Source: an uncultured Anaerolineae bacterium
GTDB lineage: Bacteria > Chloroflexota > Anaerolineae > CG2-30-64-16
Assembly (NCBI GenBank): GCA_937124585.1
Contig: CAKZKT010000127.1
Location: 68,606-132,605, forward strand
Length of the DNA stretch: 64,000 nucleotides
Direction: 5' to 3'
This document shows, one piece after another, positions 30,620-40,216 of the stretch (position 1 is the first letter of the stretch; the number at the start of each line of letters is the position of its first letter). Below the pieces are notes generated by a model that saw only the letters and a program-made list of their open reading frames with translations, did not search any database and was not told where the DNA came from. A program made the position numbers and the translations under genes.

Positions 30620-30674
30620 ACGGCCCGGTCCGCCTCATAGCGACACGAGGCGGACCGGGCCATTGCCCTTGCCC

Positions 30675-31421
30675 CTATCGGCGACCCAGCGCGGCCAGCG
30701 CCTGGCAGCTGCCCTCCAGCAACAGGCCAGTCTCCGCGCCAACCGTGACGAAGCGGAAGCCGGCCTCCAGCCAGCGTTGCGCCTCGCTGACACCGTAGGT
30801 GTGGATGCCCGCTACTTTGCCGGTTTGTCGGCAGGCAGCCGCCACGCGGAGGATCGCCTCGCTGTGCGCCTCGGAGCCACGTTGGACGCCCAAAGAAGCG
30901 GCCAGATCGGTGGGGCCCACCCAGCAGCCGTCTACCCCCGGCGTGGCCAGAATCTCCTCGGCGCGCGCCACCGCCTCGGCCGTCTCGATCTGCACGGCCA
31001 GATACACCTGCTCATCAATCCAGCTGCCATAGCCGCTGCCATGATACTCTGCCAGAACGAAACCATAGGAACGGCCGCCAACCGGCGGATAGTGCATGGC
31101 ATAAACGGCGGCCTGCGCCTCCTGGGCGGAATTCACAAACGGCACCACGATGCCGAATGCGCCCCGGTCGAGCATCCGGCCGATGGCATAGAAATCGTTT
31201 TTGCGGACGCGCGTAAAAGGCATACAGCCCTCCAGGGCGATCGCCTGAAAGGCGTGCAAGCTCGTCGTATCGTCCCAATTGCCGTGCTGATTGTCCACCA
31301 GCACGAAGTCGAAGCCGGCGCGGGCGAGGAATCCGGCCACGATCGGCGAGCCGAGGCTGGCGACGATGCCGATCGCCAGCTGGCCGGCGAGCAGACGCTG
31401 TTTGACGGTATTGACTTTCAT
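30675..31421 (-). CDS. HpcH/HpaI-family aldolase (2-keto-3-deoxy sugar acid / 2,4-dihydroxyhept-2-enedioate aldolase-like)
   Basis: Start at MKVNTVKQRLLAGQ with a GGAG RBS. The rest of the 287-aa ORF upstream is junk. The TIM-barrel aldolase pattern is present. Confidence 0.7.
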   Translation of the reverse strand: MKVNTVKQRLLAGQLAIGIVASLGSPIVAGFLARAGFDFVLVDNQHGNWDDTTSLHAFQAIALEGCMPFTRVRKNDFYAIGRMLDRGAFGIVVPFVNSAQEAQAAVYAMHYPPVGGRSYGFVLAEYHGSGYGSWIDEQVYLAVQIETAEAVARAEEILATPGVDGCWVGPTDLAASLGVQRGSEAHSEAILRVAAACRQTGKVAGIHTYGVSEAQRWLEAGFRFVTVGAETGLLLEGSCQALAALGRR

Positions 31422-31563
31422 GATTGCTCCGCTTGTGACGTCATTGACAGGGCTTATGCAGTAGAACGAACCACTGCCTTGACCACCGAAGCGAAATTGT
31501 AGCCCAGAACAGGATGCAATGCAAACAGCATCTACCAAATCGTGATTGGCCCGCGGCCGACCT

Positions 31564-32310
31564 TCATTTCGCTGCTTTCAACCGTTCTTTGCGCCATTCC
31601 TCATACTCGGCCCGTCCCTCCTCCGACAGCGGGTAATACGTGCGCAGGTGGCCACCCTGGCTCAGCCGCAGCTTGGTGAACTCCTCCCATTCCCGATGCT
31701 CGGTGGCGCGCTTGAGCAGTTCCGACGCCAGCTTGATCGGCACGACCACCGCGCCGTCGTCATCGGCCACGATGATGTCGCCGGGCATGACCAGGACGCC
31801 GCCGCACGCAATCGGGACGTTGACTGCAAAGGGGATGATGTTCGTCTGCGCGTGATAGTTGGGCGTCACCCCACGGATCCACAGCGGCAGGTCGAGGTGC
31901 TTCACGTGCGGATAGTCACGAATGCAACCGTCAATGACGACGCCCGCGCCGCCACGGCCCTTGAAAAAAGTAAGCATCATCTCGCCGAAGATGCCGCTCG
32001 ACATGTCGCCGCGCGCGTCCACTACCACGATATCCCCGGGCTGCGTGTGGTAGAGGACATGGCGGTGAAGCTGGGTCTCTGGGTCCACGTATTCGCCTTC
32101 AGGGTACAAATCCTCGCGCTTGGGCATGCATTGCAGCGTCAGCGCCGGACCGACGACCGATTTGCCCGGCGTCCAGGCCACCGGCCCGAGGATGTGGGCG
32201 CTGCGGATGCCGAGGCGGTGCAATTCGCCGCTGGCCGTCGCACTGCCGATGCGCGCCAATCCTTCGATCAATTCCTTGGGAGGACGGGCGATATCTGGAG
32301 TGGTAATCAT
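31564..32310 (-). CDS. RraA-family protein (HMG/CHA aldolase / oxaloacetate decarboxylase-like; 'RNase E inhibitor RraA/DMK methyltransferase' fold)
   Basis: 248 aa with a GAGGT RBS, adjacent to the HpcH aldolase. The swivelling beta/beta/alpha family pattern is present (...GDIVVVDARGD...). Confidence 0.65.
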   Translation of the reverse strand: MITTPDIARPPKELIEGLARIGSATASGELHRLGIRSAHILGPVAWTPGKSVVGPALTLQCMPKREDLYPEGEYVDPETQLHRHVLYHTQPGDIVVVDARGDMSSGIFGEMMLTFFKGRGGAGVVIDGCIRDYPHVKHLDLPLWIRGVTPNYHAQTNIIPFAVNVPIACGGVLVMPGDIIVADDDGAVVVPIKLASELLKRATEHREWEEFTKLRLSQGGHLRTYYPLSEEGRAEYEEWRKERLKAAK

Positions 32311-32477
32311 GGCGTAACCTCGCTTGCGAACATGAATGAGAATGTCGCTTATCCTACACTACTTGGGCCTCTTTGTCGAACTGCGACATCAACGCGTCCC
32401 ATGCTTTTGTCAGCCATCGCAAACGGTTGTAGAATGAACATGTTTTTTGAACGCACACCATCCGGCTTTCGAGATAT

Positions 32478-32897
32478 ATGGAGCCCCACTTCTTCAAGCG
32501 CGTCTATCGCATCGTCCGCCTGATCCCGCCGGGCAAAGTTGCCAGCTATGGCCAGATCGCCGCGCTGCTGGGCCATCCCCAGGCCGCGCGCACGGTTGGC
32601 TGGGCACTGAGCGCACTGCGCGGCCAGCAGATCGCCGATGTGCCGTGGCAGCGCGTCATCAACAGCGCAGGCCGCATCAGCATCTCACGCGCCGACCTGA
32701 GTGCCGATCTTCAGCGCGCGCTTCTGGAGGCAGAAGGGATCGAGTTCGACGCGCGCGGCGATGTGGACCTGCGACGGTTTGGGTGGGAAGGACTGACATG
32801 GGCCGAGGTCGAGGCGTTGGGGAGCGTGAACCGCGATGCGCCAGACGCCGAACGTCAAACGTCCGCTTCATCGGCGAGCCCAGCCCATGAGACGTGA
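32478..32897 (+). CDS. Alkyltransferase-like protein (MGMT DNA-binding domain lacking the acceptor Cys: PWQRV instead of PCHRV)
   Basis: The HTH region GKVASYGQIAALLGHPQAARTVGWAL and VPWQRVINSAGRIS match the ATL/YbaZ subgroup of the O6-alkylguanine alkyltransferase fold. Confidence 0.6.
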   Translation: MEPHFFKRVYRIVRLIPPGKVASYGQIAALLGHPQAARTVGWALSALRGQQIADVPWQRVINSAGRISISRADLSADLQRALLEAEGIEFDARGDVDLRRFGWEGLTWAEVEALGSVNRDAPDAERQTSASSASPAHET

Positions 32898-32973
32898 CGC
32901 ATGAGGCTCAACTTGTCAAATTCGAACATTTGATCTATTATTGCCCCGAACCCGAAACGCGAAGGAGTTGTCC

Positions 32974-33786
32974 ATGCGCGAGATCACCATTGCGCTGGCG
33001 CAAATGGCGCCGGTGCTCAATGACAACGAGGAAAACCTGCGCCGAATGGCGGCCACGATCCAGCGTATCTGCAGCGAGCAGCCGACTACCCTGATCGTCT
33101 TCCCTGAGCTGGCCCTATCCGGCTACGAGTGCGGCCTGAACTTCACCCGCCTGGCCGAACGCGTGCCGGGCCATGCCGTCTCCTATCTGGCCGGCAAGGC
33201 CGCCGAATTCAGTGTGCATGTGGCGTTCGGAATGCCGGTCAAAGAGAAGGTGGAGAGCATCCTCTTCAACGCGGCCGTATTGATCGGCCCGGACGGCGAG
33301 CTGATCGGCGAGTATCGCAAGCTCCACCTGCGCGGAGAAGAGAAGCTGGCCTTTCGCCCCGGCTATCGCCTGCCGGTCTTCGAGACCGAATTCGGCAATG
33401 TGGGCCTGCTGATCGGCTGGGACTTGGCGTTTCCCGAGGTGGCCCGCAGCCTCACCCTCGATGGGGCCGAGCTGATCGTGGCCTGCGCCGCCTGGGAAAC
33501 CGCCACCATCGAGGAATGGCGCGCCTACACCGTCGCGCGCGCGTGCGAAAACGCGATCTACCTCGCCGCGGCCAATCGCGTGGGCCAGGAGCCCAGCTAC
33601 ACCTTCGGCGGCGAGTCCACGCTGGTCGGGCCACGCGGCCAGGTGCAGAGCGCGCTCGACGAAGCGGTCGAGGGCTACGCAGTGGCCACCGTAGATCTGG
33701 ACGAAATCCGCCGCGTGCGCGAGGAACAGCAAATTCTGCAAGCGCGCCAACCGGCGGCGTATCGCGCGCTGGTCAGGAGATACTGA
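32974..33786 (+). CDS. Carbon-nitrogen hydrolase (nitrilase superfamily)
   Basis: ATG at 32974 with a GAAGGAG RBS 6 nt upstream. Catalytic E/K/C triad context (FPELALSGY...YRKLHL...GLLIGWDLAFPE, C in VACAAWE). Confidence 0.8.
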   Translation: MREITIALAQMAPVLNDNEENLRRMAATIQRICSEQPTTLIVFPELALSGYECGLNFTRLAERVPGHAVSYLAGKAAEFSVHVAFGMPVKEKVESILFNAAVLIGPDGELIGEYRKLHLRGEEKLAFRPGYRLPVFETEFGNVGLLIGWDLAFPEVARSLTLDGAELIVACAAWETATIEEWRAYTVARACENAIYLAAANRVGQEPSYTFGGESTLVGPRGQVQSALDEAVEGYAVATVDLDEIRRVREEQQILQARQPAAYRALVRRY

Positions 33787-33897
33787 GCGAGAATCGCCAC
33801 CGGACGGATCGGCCGCCCTCTCGTGCAGCCGATCCGTCTTCAACACGCCTGATGAAGCGATGGCGCGTCAGCACCTGATCGCTATGAAAGGAACTCT

Positions 33898-34935
33898 ATG
33901 ACCATCGTAGACCTGCGCAGTGACACGATCACCCATCCTACGCCTGCCATGCGCCGCGCCATGGCCGAGGCAGAAGTCGGCGATGATGTCTTCGGCGAAG
34001 ACCCGACCGTGCGCCGGCTGGAGGAGATGGCCGCCGAGCGCCTGGGCAAAGAGGCCGGTCTGTTCGTCGCTTCCGGCACCATGGGCAACCTGGTCAGCCT
34101 GCTCGCCCAGTGTGGTCGCGGCGACGAAGTGATTGTCGGCGATCAAGCGCACACTTACATGTACGAGCAGGGCGGCATGGCGGCCCTCGGTGGCATCCAC
34201 CCGCGCGTGCTCAAAAATCGGCCCGACGGCACGCTCGATCTGGACGAGATCGTGGCCGCCATTCGCGATCCGAACAACCCGCATTTTCCGCGCACCCGCC
34301 TCATCACCGTCGAGAACACGCACAATCGTTGTGGCGGCACTGCGCTCACCGTGGCCTACATGCAGGCGCTCGGCGCGCTGGCCAGAGAGCATGGCCTGCT
34401 GCTCCACGTGGACGGCGCGCGCATCTTCAACGCTGCGGTCGCGCTGGGCGTGACAGAGCGAGCATTGGTCGCCGATGCCGACTCGGTGACCTTCTGCTTG
34501 AGCAAGGGGTTGGCTGCGCCGGTCGGTTCGGTGGTGTGCGGCAGCCGGGCCTTCATCGCCGAGGCCAGGCGAGCGCGCAAGGTGGTCGGCGGCGGCATGC
34601 GCCAGGCCGGCGTGATCGCGGCCGCAGGCATCGTTGCGCTCGAACAGATGGTGGAGCGCCTGGCCGACGACCATGCCAACGCGCGCGCGTTGGCGGCCGG
34701 GCTGGCCGAACTGAAGGGCATCCAGGTCGAAGCGGTGCCGGTGCGCACGAATATCGTCTACTTCAATATCGTCCGCCCCGATATGAACGCCACACAGCTG
34801 ACCGCCCGCCTGGCCGAGCAGGGGGTCCGCATGTTGCCGGTAGGGCCGCGCCGCATTCGCGCCGTGACCAACTATCACGTGACGGCCGAACAGATCACCC
34901 GCGCCCTGGCCGTTTTGCGGGCCATCCTGGCGTAG
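33898..34935 (+). CDS. ltaE: Low-specificity L-threonine aldolase (PLP-dependent)
   Basis: The N-terminus MTIVDLRSDTITHPTPAMRRAMAEAEVGDDVFGEDPT is typical of LtaE, with a PLP-lysine context (FCLSKGLAAPVGS). Confidence 0.85.
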   Translation: MTIVDLRSDTITHPTPAMRRAMAEAEVGDDVFGEDPTVRRLEEMAAERLGKEAGLFVASGTMGNLVSLLAQCGRGDEVIVGDQAHTYMYEQGGMAALGGIHPRVLKNRPDGTLDLDEIVAAIRDPNNPHFPRTRLITVENTHNRCGGTALTVAYMQALGALAREHGLLLHVDGARIFNAAVALGVTERALVADADSVTFCLSKGLAAPVGSVVCGSRAFIAEARRARKVVGGGMRQAGVIAAAGIVALEQMVERLADDHANARALAAGLAELKGIQVEAVPVRTNIVYFNIVRPDMNATQLTARLAEQGVRMLPVGPRRIRAVTNYHVTAEQITRALAVLRAILA

Positions 34936-35012
34936 CCAAAGCAGACAGACGCGCCAGGACATCCGCGCGGGGACACGTGGACGCCGACCCCATTTTTATC
35001 AGGAGAAACGAT

Positions 35013-35213
35013 ATGGAACGACGACAAGGCTGTCTAGAGGGCTTGTTCGAGTTGCTCTTGCTCAACGTACTGTTCGACTGGCTGCAACGGCGCTTCGGGT
35101 TCGGCCGCGGCTGCTCGTGCACTGGATGCGGATGTGGTCTGGTACTGACCATCCTCTTCATCGTGCTCTTCGTGTCCACCTGCATGGGGACAGACTGGAC
35201 GCGGCTCTGGTGA
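35013..35213 (+). CDS. Small Cys-rich hydrophobic peptide (66 aa), hypothetical
   Basis: ATG has an AGGAG RBS 7 nt upstream. Sequence is MERRQGCLEGLFELLLLNVLFDWLQRRFGFGRGCSCTGCGCGLVLTILFIVLFVSTCMGTDWTRLW: a Cys cluster followed by a TM helix. Confidence 0.5.
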   Translation: MERRQGCLEGLFELLLLNVLFDWLQRRFGFGRGCSCTGCGCGLVLTILFIVLFVSTCMGTDWTRLW

Positions 35214-35321
35214 GCACGGCAACCCGAGCACAGCCGAACGGTGGATCTAGGACGGCCGGTCGAAAATCGTCGCCGTCAATCCGCGCGCCGACCTCCCGGA
35301 TACCGCGCCAGCCAGCGAACG

Positions 35322-35705
35322 CTATGTCGCCGATAACAGCCTTTCCATCAACCAGCGTTCTACCGTCTCCAGCAGCTCCGTGGAGCTGGCAGGCTTATTC
35401 AGAAAATCGTTGGCTCCTGCCGCGCGCGCGTCCTCCCGATCTTGATCTTGAGCGCTGGCAGTCAGCATGATGATCGGCAGATGCTGATAGCGCGGATCGG
35501 CGCGCAGTTGCCGCAACAGGCTCAGCCCATCCACTTCCGGCATAGCGAGATCGAGCAGCACCAGGTCCACAATACTCTCGGCCAAGCGCTGCAACGCTTC
35601 CTCGACGCTTTCAGCCGGGATCGGGGTGTGTTCGGCGCGGCGCAACATGACGCTGATCATTCGCCGAATCACGGCATTATCATCCACGACCAGTATCGTG
35701 GCCAT
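35322..35705 (-). CDS. Response regulator, single receiver (CheY-like) domain
   Basis: MATILVVDDNAVIRRMI...LLDLAMPEVDG...IIMLTA...K, with the phospho-acceptor Asp context. Confidence 0.85.
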   Translation of the reverse strand: MATILVVDDNAVIRRMISVMLRRAEHTPIPAESVEEALQRLAESIVDLVLLDLAMPEVDGLSLLRQLRADPRYQHLPIIMLTASAQDQDREDARAAGANDFLNKPASSTELLETVERWLMERLLSAT

Positions 35706-35884
35706 ATGTACTGTCCCCAGAGTGGCGTTGAAGTGCTGTCCCGCTCGGCTTCACACAAAACCCCATCTACATCGGTTGCATGGCCGGAGCACTGCCCCAG
35801 CTTACCACAGCTTGCTCCTGCGTCCAAGATGGTAACAATCGTGCATCTGGCCGTGCTGCGACCGGCCTGCATGTTCCCGCAGGC

Positions 35885-37474
35885 TCAGCGCGCCTCTGCG
35901 ACCTCGGCTGCGGGCAATGTGAAGCTGAAGGTGCTGCCGCTGCCGGGCCGGCTCTCCACAGCAGTGACACCCCCCAACCTGGTGACGATCCGGCGGACGA
36001 TGGACAGACCCAGCCCATGTCCTTTGAGATGCTTTCCCACCTGCGTGAACGGCTTGAAAAGCCGGGCCTGCTCATCAGGGGGCAATCCCTCGCCATTGTC
36101 TCGCACCCAAAACCGCACCATGCCATCGTCTTGAACTGTCGCCCCCAGTTCTACCTGCGGCGGCGTACCACCATACTTGATCGCGTTGCTGATGTAGTTG
36201 ACCCATATCTGCTCCACCCATGGTCCGTAGCCCCGGGCAGAGGGCCATGCCGACGGGGTGATGATTTCGGCGTCGTTGGCCCGGATCATTTCCTGCAGTT
36301 GTTGGAGTGCGCCGCCGACGACCACAGACATGTCGAGAGGAGTCGTGGCCACCTCTTGCTTGCGCGTTTGCGCCAACAACAACAGGGCGCCGACCAAATC
36401 CCGCAGCTTCTGGGCATGGCGGAGAATGGCGTTCAGATGATCCCTGATGTCAGGAGAAAACGTTTCGCCCGCCACCCTGTTGATGATCTGAGCTGTACCG
36501 AGAATGATGGTCAGGGAATTCTTCATGTCATGCGCCACCGTGTGGGCAAAGGCGTCGAGCTCCTCATTCTGCACCTGAAGTTCCGCCGTTTGCTGGCGCA
36601 GCCTCTCTGTGAGCACCTCCAATTCCAGGGCATGCTGCTGCAAGGCCCGATGCAGCCTGACCTCTTGGGTGATGTCGCGATCCAACCCCACCGTGCATGG
36701 CCGCCCATCAATTTCCACCGGTGTCGCCGCATACTCTATGATGTTTTCTTTGCCGTCAGGCCGGGTCCAGGAGATCAGCCCGCGGTAGGGGATATGACGA
36801 CGGCGCAGGCTCAAGTCGTCCAGCGCCGGAGTGATCGGTCCCACTTTTCTTTGTAACGTGCTCGTGTTCCCTATCCGAAGAAGCTCTTCCTTGGTGCGTC
36901 CTGTCATCTCGACATAGCGCTGATTGCAATCAATCAACCGCCGAGTATCATGCTCCAAATCCTCTTCATAGATGTTGATGCCCTCCGACACGTTGTCGAA
37001 AATAATGCGGAGCATCCGTTCCGTCGTCCGCAACTCTCGCTCGAGCCTTTTGCGATCGCTGATATCGCGGAAAACCGACACCGTGCCCACAATCGTCCCG
37101 GATGGATCACGCACAGGCGCAACGTTGCCGTTGATAGGAATTCGTGTCCCGTCGGGCCGAAGCAGCCAGTGGCGACTCTCGAAAGAAAATACAGTATCAG
37201 CCTCCATCACTTGTGCGGCCAGCCCCGACACCGAAACACTGCTCTCCTCTGCGCAGACATGGAGCACCTCGGTGAGCTCCCGTCCCTCCGCCGCTGCACA
37301 TTCCCAGCCAGTCAGGGCTTCAGCCTGCGCATTCATCCACAAGATGCGCCCCATGCTGTCGGTCAAAATCACCGAATCGTCCAGACTGGCCAGGGCCTGG
37401 GCCCAAAACGATTCCTGTCCGGCAAGCAGAATCTGGACATCGTCCGACATCGCCATCCTCCGTTGCCACATCAC
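35885..37474 (-). CDS. Sensor histidine kinase with two PAS domains
   Basis: Two PAS-like regions, an H-box (FAHTVAHDMKNSL), an N-box (NYISNAIKY) and G-boxes (GHGLGLSIV). Upstream of and co-oriented with the response regulator. Confidence 0.8.
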   Translation of the reverse strand: MMWQRRMAMSDDVQILLAGQESFWAQALASLDDSVILTDSMGRILWMNAQAEALTGWECAAAEGRELTEVLHVCAEESSVSVSGLAAQVMEADTVFSFESRHWLLRPDGTRIPINGNVAPVRDPSGTIVGTVSVFRDISDRKRLERELRTTERMLRIIFDNVSEGINIYEEDLEHDTRRLIDCNQRYVEMTGRTKEELLRIGNTSTLQRKVGPITPALDDLSLRRRHIPYRGLISWTRPDGKENIIEYAATPVEIDGRPCTVGLDRDITQEVRLHRALQQHALELEVLTERLRQQTAELQVQNEELDAFAHTVAHDMKNSLTIILGTAQIINRVAGETFSPDIRDHLNAILRHAQKLRDLVGALLLLAQTRKQEVATTPLDMSVVVGGALQQLQEMIRANDAEIITPSAWPSARGYGPWVEQIWVNYISNAIKYGGTPPQVELGATVQDDGMVRFWVRDNGEGLPPDEQARLFKPFTQVGKHLKGHGLGLSIVRRIVTRLGGVTAVESRPGSGSTFSFTLPAAEVAEAR

Positions 37475-37644
37475 TCCAACAGATGTCTTGCGGATTCACC
37501 ACAGGGCAATGCCTCTCTCCATCGCCTGCGGTTACATATATTATAAAGACTGCGTCACAGGCAACGGGTTACGGCCACGGACAAATGACATCGGCGCGCG
37601 AACAGAGCGGTGTTCCACATGGGCATCTGTCCTGGAATAGCACG

Positions 37645-38712
37645 CTATACATCGTCCGGCCGCACCTCCCGCCCCTCCCGCGCGGAGATGTGGGCGGCCA
37701 GGCTGAACGCCAACACCTTGCGGCCGGTCAGGCCGTCCAGCACCGGCCGGCCGCCGCGCGTCAGCACCTCGATCAGGTGGCGGGTGCAATCAATGAAGCT
37801 GTCGTGCCACTCGCCCCGCTCCACCGGCACGGATTTCGTGGTCCCATCCCGGAACAGCATCAACGGCGGCAGGTCCACGGTGCGCGCGGTGCAGCGGTTG
37901 ACGAAGAGGATCCCCCGGTCGCCGATCACCTCCACGCGGTCGTCGTCCGCGTAGTAGATCGAGTCCATGACCAGGTTGGGCGTGTGCGCGAAATCGAGCA
38001 CGCCGTAGCGACGCGGGGCCTTGAACTGGAACATGATCGTCGCCGGCGCGTCCACGTAGACCCCGGGGTAGACGCGGCTGCGATCGAGCCAGGCGTAGAC
38101 CCGGGCCACGTCGCCCATCAGGTAGTGCGCCAAGGAGAAGAGGTGGTAGCCGTGGTCGAACACCAGCGGCCCGCCGCCCGATTGCTTGGGCCGAAAGCGC
38201 CATAGCCAGGCGCGCAGCGGCACCTTCCAGGCGGTCTTGCTCTTGCCCGTGCTCACGTGCAGGCGGATCATCTGTGGCTCGCCGATCTCGCCCGCGTCGA
38301 GCATCTGCTTCGCCAGCACATGGGGCGGGTAGAAGACGAAGTTTTCGTAGACGCGCAGGGTAACCCCGGCCTCTTTCGCGGCCGCGATCATGCGATCGGC
38401 CTCTGCCACGGTCAGCGCCATGGGCTTTTGCACCGAGACGTGCTTGCCCGCTCGACAGGCCGCGATGGTCATCTCGGCGTGCAGGTGATGCGGCACCAGC
38501 AGCTCGACCAGGTCAACCTCGTTGTCCTCCAGCACCTGGCGATAATCCGTGTAGACCTTCGCCACGCCCCATGCCCTGGCCCGGGCTTCGGCTAGCTTCC
38601 GCTCCCGGTCGCAGGTCGCGACGATGCGGGCGTCCTCGCGGCCGCGATAGCCCAGCTCGTGCAGGTCGGCAATCCGACCGCAGCCGACGATAGCAACGCG
38701 AATAGGGGGCAT
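37645..38712 (-). CDS. Gfo/Idh/MocA-family NAD(P)-dependent oxidoreductase
   Basis: Starts MPPIRVAIVGCGRIADLHELGY with an AGAGGA RBS 5 nt upstream. The 32 upstream codons of the ORF-track entry are translation of the palindromic repeat (MPGTLQDAWHV...). Confidence 0.8.
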   Translation of the reverse strand: MPPIRVAIVGCGRIADLHELGYRGREDARIVATCDRERKLAEARARAWGVAKVYTDYRQVLEDNEVDLVELLVPHHLHAEMTIAACRAGKHVSVQKPMALTVAEADRMIAAAKEAGVTLRVYENFVFYPPHVLAKQMLDAGEIGEPQMIRLHVSTGKSKTAWKVPLRAWLWRFRPKQSGGGPLVFDHGYHLFSLAHYLMGDVARVYAWLDRSRVYPGVYVDAPATIMFQFKAPRRYGVLDFAHTPNLVMDSIYYADDDRVEVIGDRGILFVNRCTARTVDLPPLMLFRDGTTKSVPVERGEWHDSFIDCTRHLIEVLTRGGRPVLDGLTGRKVLAFSLAAHISAREGREVRPDDV

Positions 38713-38729
38713 AACGATCCTCTTTTTAT

Positions 38730-38865
38730 ACGTGCCAGGCATCTTGCAGAGTGCCTGGCACGTGTGAGCCGGTTCGACGTGCCAGGCATCTTGCAGAGTG
38801 CCTGGCACGTGTGAGCCGGTTCGACGTGCCAGGCATCTTGCAGAATGCCTGGCACGTGAGCACTC
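38730..38865. repeat. Tandem array (about 2.9 x 47 bp) of palindromic repeat ACGTGCCAGGCA-TCTTGCAGAG-TGCCTGGCACGT plus 13-nt spacer GTGAGCCGGTTCG
   Basis: Read directly. Units start at 38731, 38778 and 38825. The arms are perfect 12-bp inverted repeats. The array lies between the GPH transporter stop and the Gfo/Idh/MocA start. Confidence 0.85.
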
Positions 38866-38866
38866 G

Positions 38867-40216
38867 CTACCGCATCCCGATCTTCTCCATCACCGCCCGA
38901 TGGCTGGCGCGGGTGATCGGATACCGGATCAACAAGGGCAAGCAGGCCAGGATGAGCAGCGCAGGCGCCGGCCCGAAGAAGAGCCGGATGCCCAGCAAGG
39001 TCGGGGTGGTCTGGGCCACGTTGGGCACGTACCTGAACGCGGCCAGGATCCAGCCGCTGGCTGCGATGGCCAACGCCTCCGCGATCTTGGTGGCCAGCCC
39101 CCACACCCCGAAGTACATCCCGCTGCGATACTCGCCGGTGCTCAGCCGGTCGTAGTCCACGACATCGGGCACCATGGCCCACGGGAAGACCCACTGCGCG
39201 GAGAAGCCGATCCCCGCCAGGGCCGCGATGACGTAGACCCACGGCGTCGGCCCGGCCGGCAAGAGAAAAGTAGCCGCCACCGCCAGCCCGCCGATGGCCA
39301 TGCCCAGCGCGTAGGCCGGGCCCTTGTCCCAGCGCTGCGCCAGCCAGCGCCACGGGAAGAGCGCCAGCACGACGAAGACCAGCATCAGGCCCATCACCAC
39401 GGGCACCTGCGCCTCCATGCCGAGCTGGTAGGTGAGGAAATAGGCCATGAGGGTTTTGATGAGGGCGAAGGCGGCGGTGAGGACGAAATAGGCGGCGATC
39501 AGCCGGACGAAGGGCCGGTTGGTGAAGGTGGCCCGGATCGCCTGCCAAGGCGGCAGCTCGGCCTTGCTGGCGGCCACCGCCGGCCGCTCGCGCAGTCCTG
39601 CGGCCGAGATCAGCAGCGCGGCCACGGCCAGCGCGCCGTAGATCACTCCCACCGCGGCGTAGCCTGCTGCTTTGGTCGCGAACATGGCGACCAACGCCGG
39701 GGTCAGCGCCGCGCCCAGCAAGTACGCCGGCACTGCCAGCGTCATGCGGGCCGCGGTCAGGCCGGCGCGCTCGTCGTAGTCGTCGGTCAGCTCGCCGGTC
39801 AGCGCGTAGTAGGGCACGTTGGTGAAGGTCCACAGGGTGTCGAACAGGATGAAAGTCAACGCCACCCAGGCGAAGACCGCAGCCGCCGACAGCCCGGCCG
39901 GGACGCGCCACAGCAGCGCGATGGCAATCCCCAGCGGCAGCGCGCCGGCGATCATGAAGGTACGGCGCTTGCCCAGGCGGGTGGCCGGCGCGCGGTCGGC
40001 CAGCCAGCCGGCCACCGGGTCGTTGACCGCATCCCACAGCTTGCCGATCAGGAGCGCGCTGCCCACCAGGGCCGGGGCCAGCAACGCCGCGTCGGTGTAG
40101 AAGATCATCAGGAAGAACTGCACCGCCGAGTTCACGGTCGCGTTGCCCACGTCGCCGATGCCGTAGAAGAGGCGGGTCTTGAGGGACAGTCTGGTCATCT
40201 GTGGGTGGGTTGACAT
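38867..40216 (-). CDS. MFS transporter, glycoside-pentoside-hexuronide (GPH):cation symporter family
   Basis: 449 aa with 12 predicted TM segments. The N-terminus (KTRLFYGIGDVGNA...) is typical of MelB/GPH. Confidence 0.75.
   Translation of the reverse strand: MSTHPQMTRLSLKTRLFYGIGDVGNATVNSAVQFFLMIFYTDAALLAPALVGSALLIGKLWDAVNDPVAGWLADRAPATRLGKRRTFMIAGALPLGIAIALLWRVPAGLSAAAVFAWVALTFILFDTLWTFTNVPYYALTGELTDDYDERAGLTAARMTLAVPAYLLGAALTPALVAMFATKAAGYAAVGVIYGALAVAALLISAAGLRERPAVAASKAELPPWQAIRATFTNRPFVRLIAAYFVLTAAFALIKTLMAYFLTYQLGMEAQVPVVMGLMLVFVVLALFPWRWLAQRWDKGPAYALGMAIGGLAVAATFLLPAGPTPWVYVIAALAGIGFSAQWVFPWAMVPDVVDYDRLSTGEYRSGMYFGVWGLATKIAEALAIAASGWILAAFRYVPNVAQTTPTLLGIRLFFGPAPALLILACLPLLIRYPITRASHRAVMEKIGMR

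Noticed and set aside
34110-35213. 367-aa ORF overlapping ltaE in another frame
   Set aside because: It is out of frame with the strongly supported threonine aldolase and Arg-rich. Only its last 66 codons (35013-35213), which have their own RBS, were kept as a candidate small protein.
38730-38865. CRISPR array interpretation of the 47-bp tandem repeats
   Set aside because: The 'spacers' (GTGAGCCGGTTCG) are identical between units and only 13 nt long. The repeats are themselves palindromes with internal variation, and no cas genes lie nearby. This is a tandem palindromic repeat, not CRISPR.
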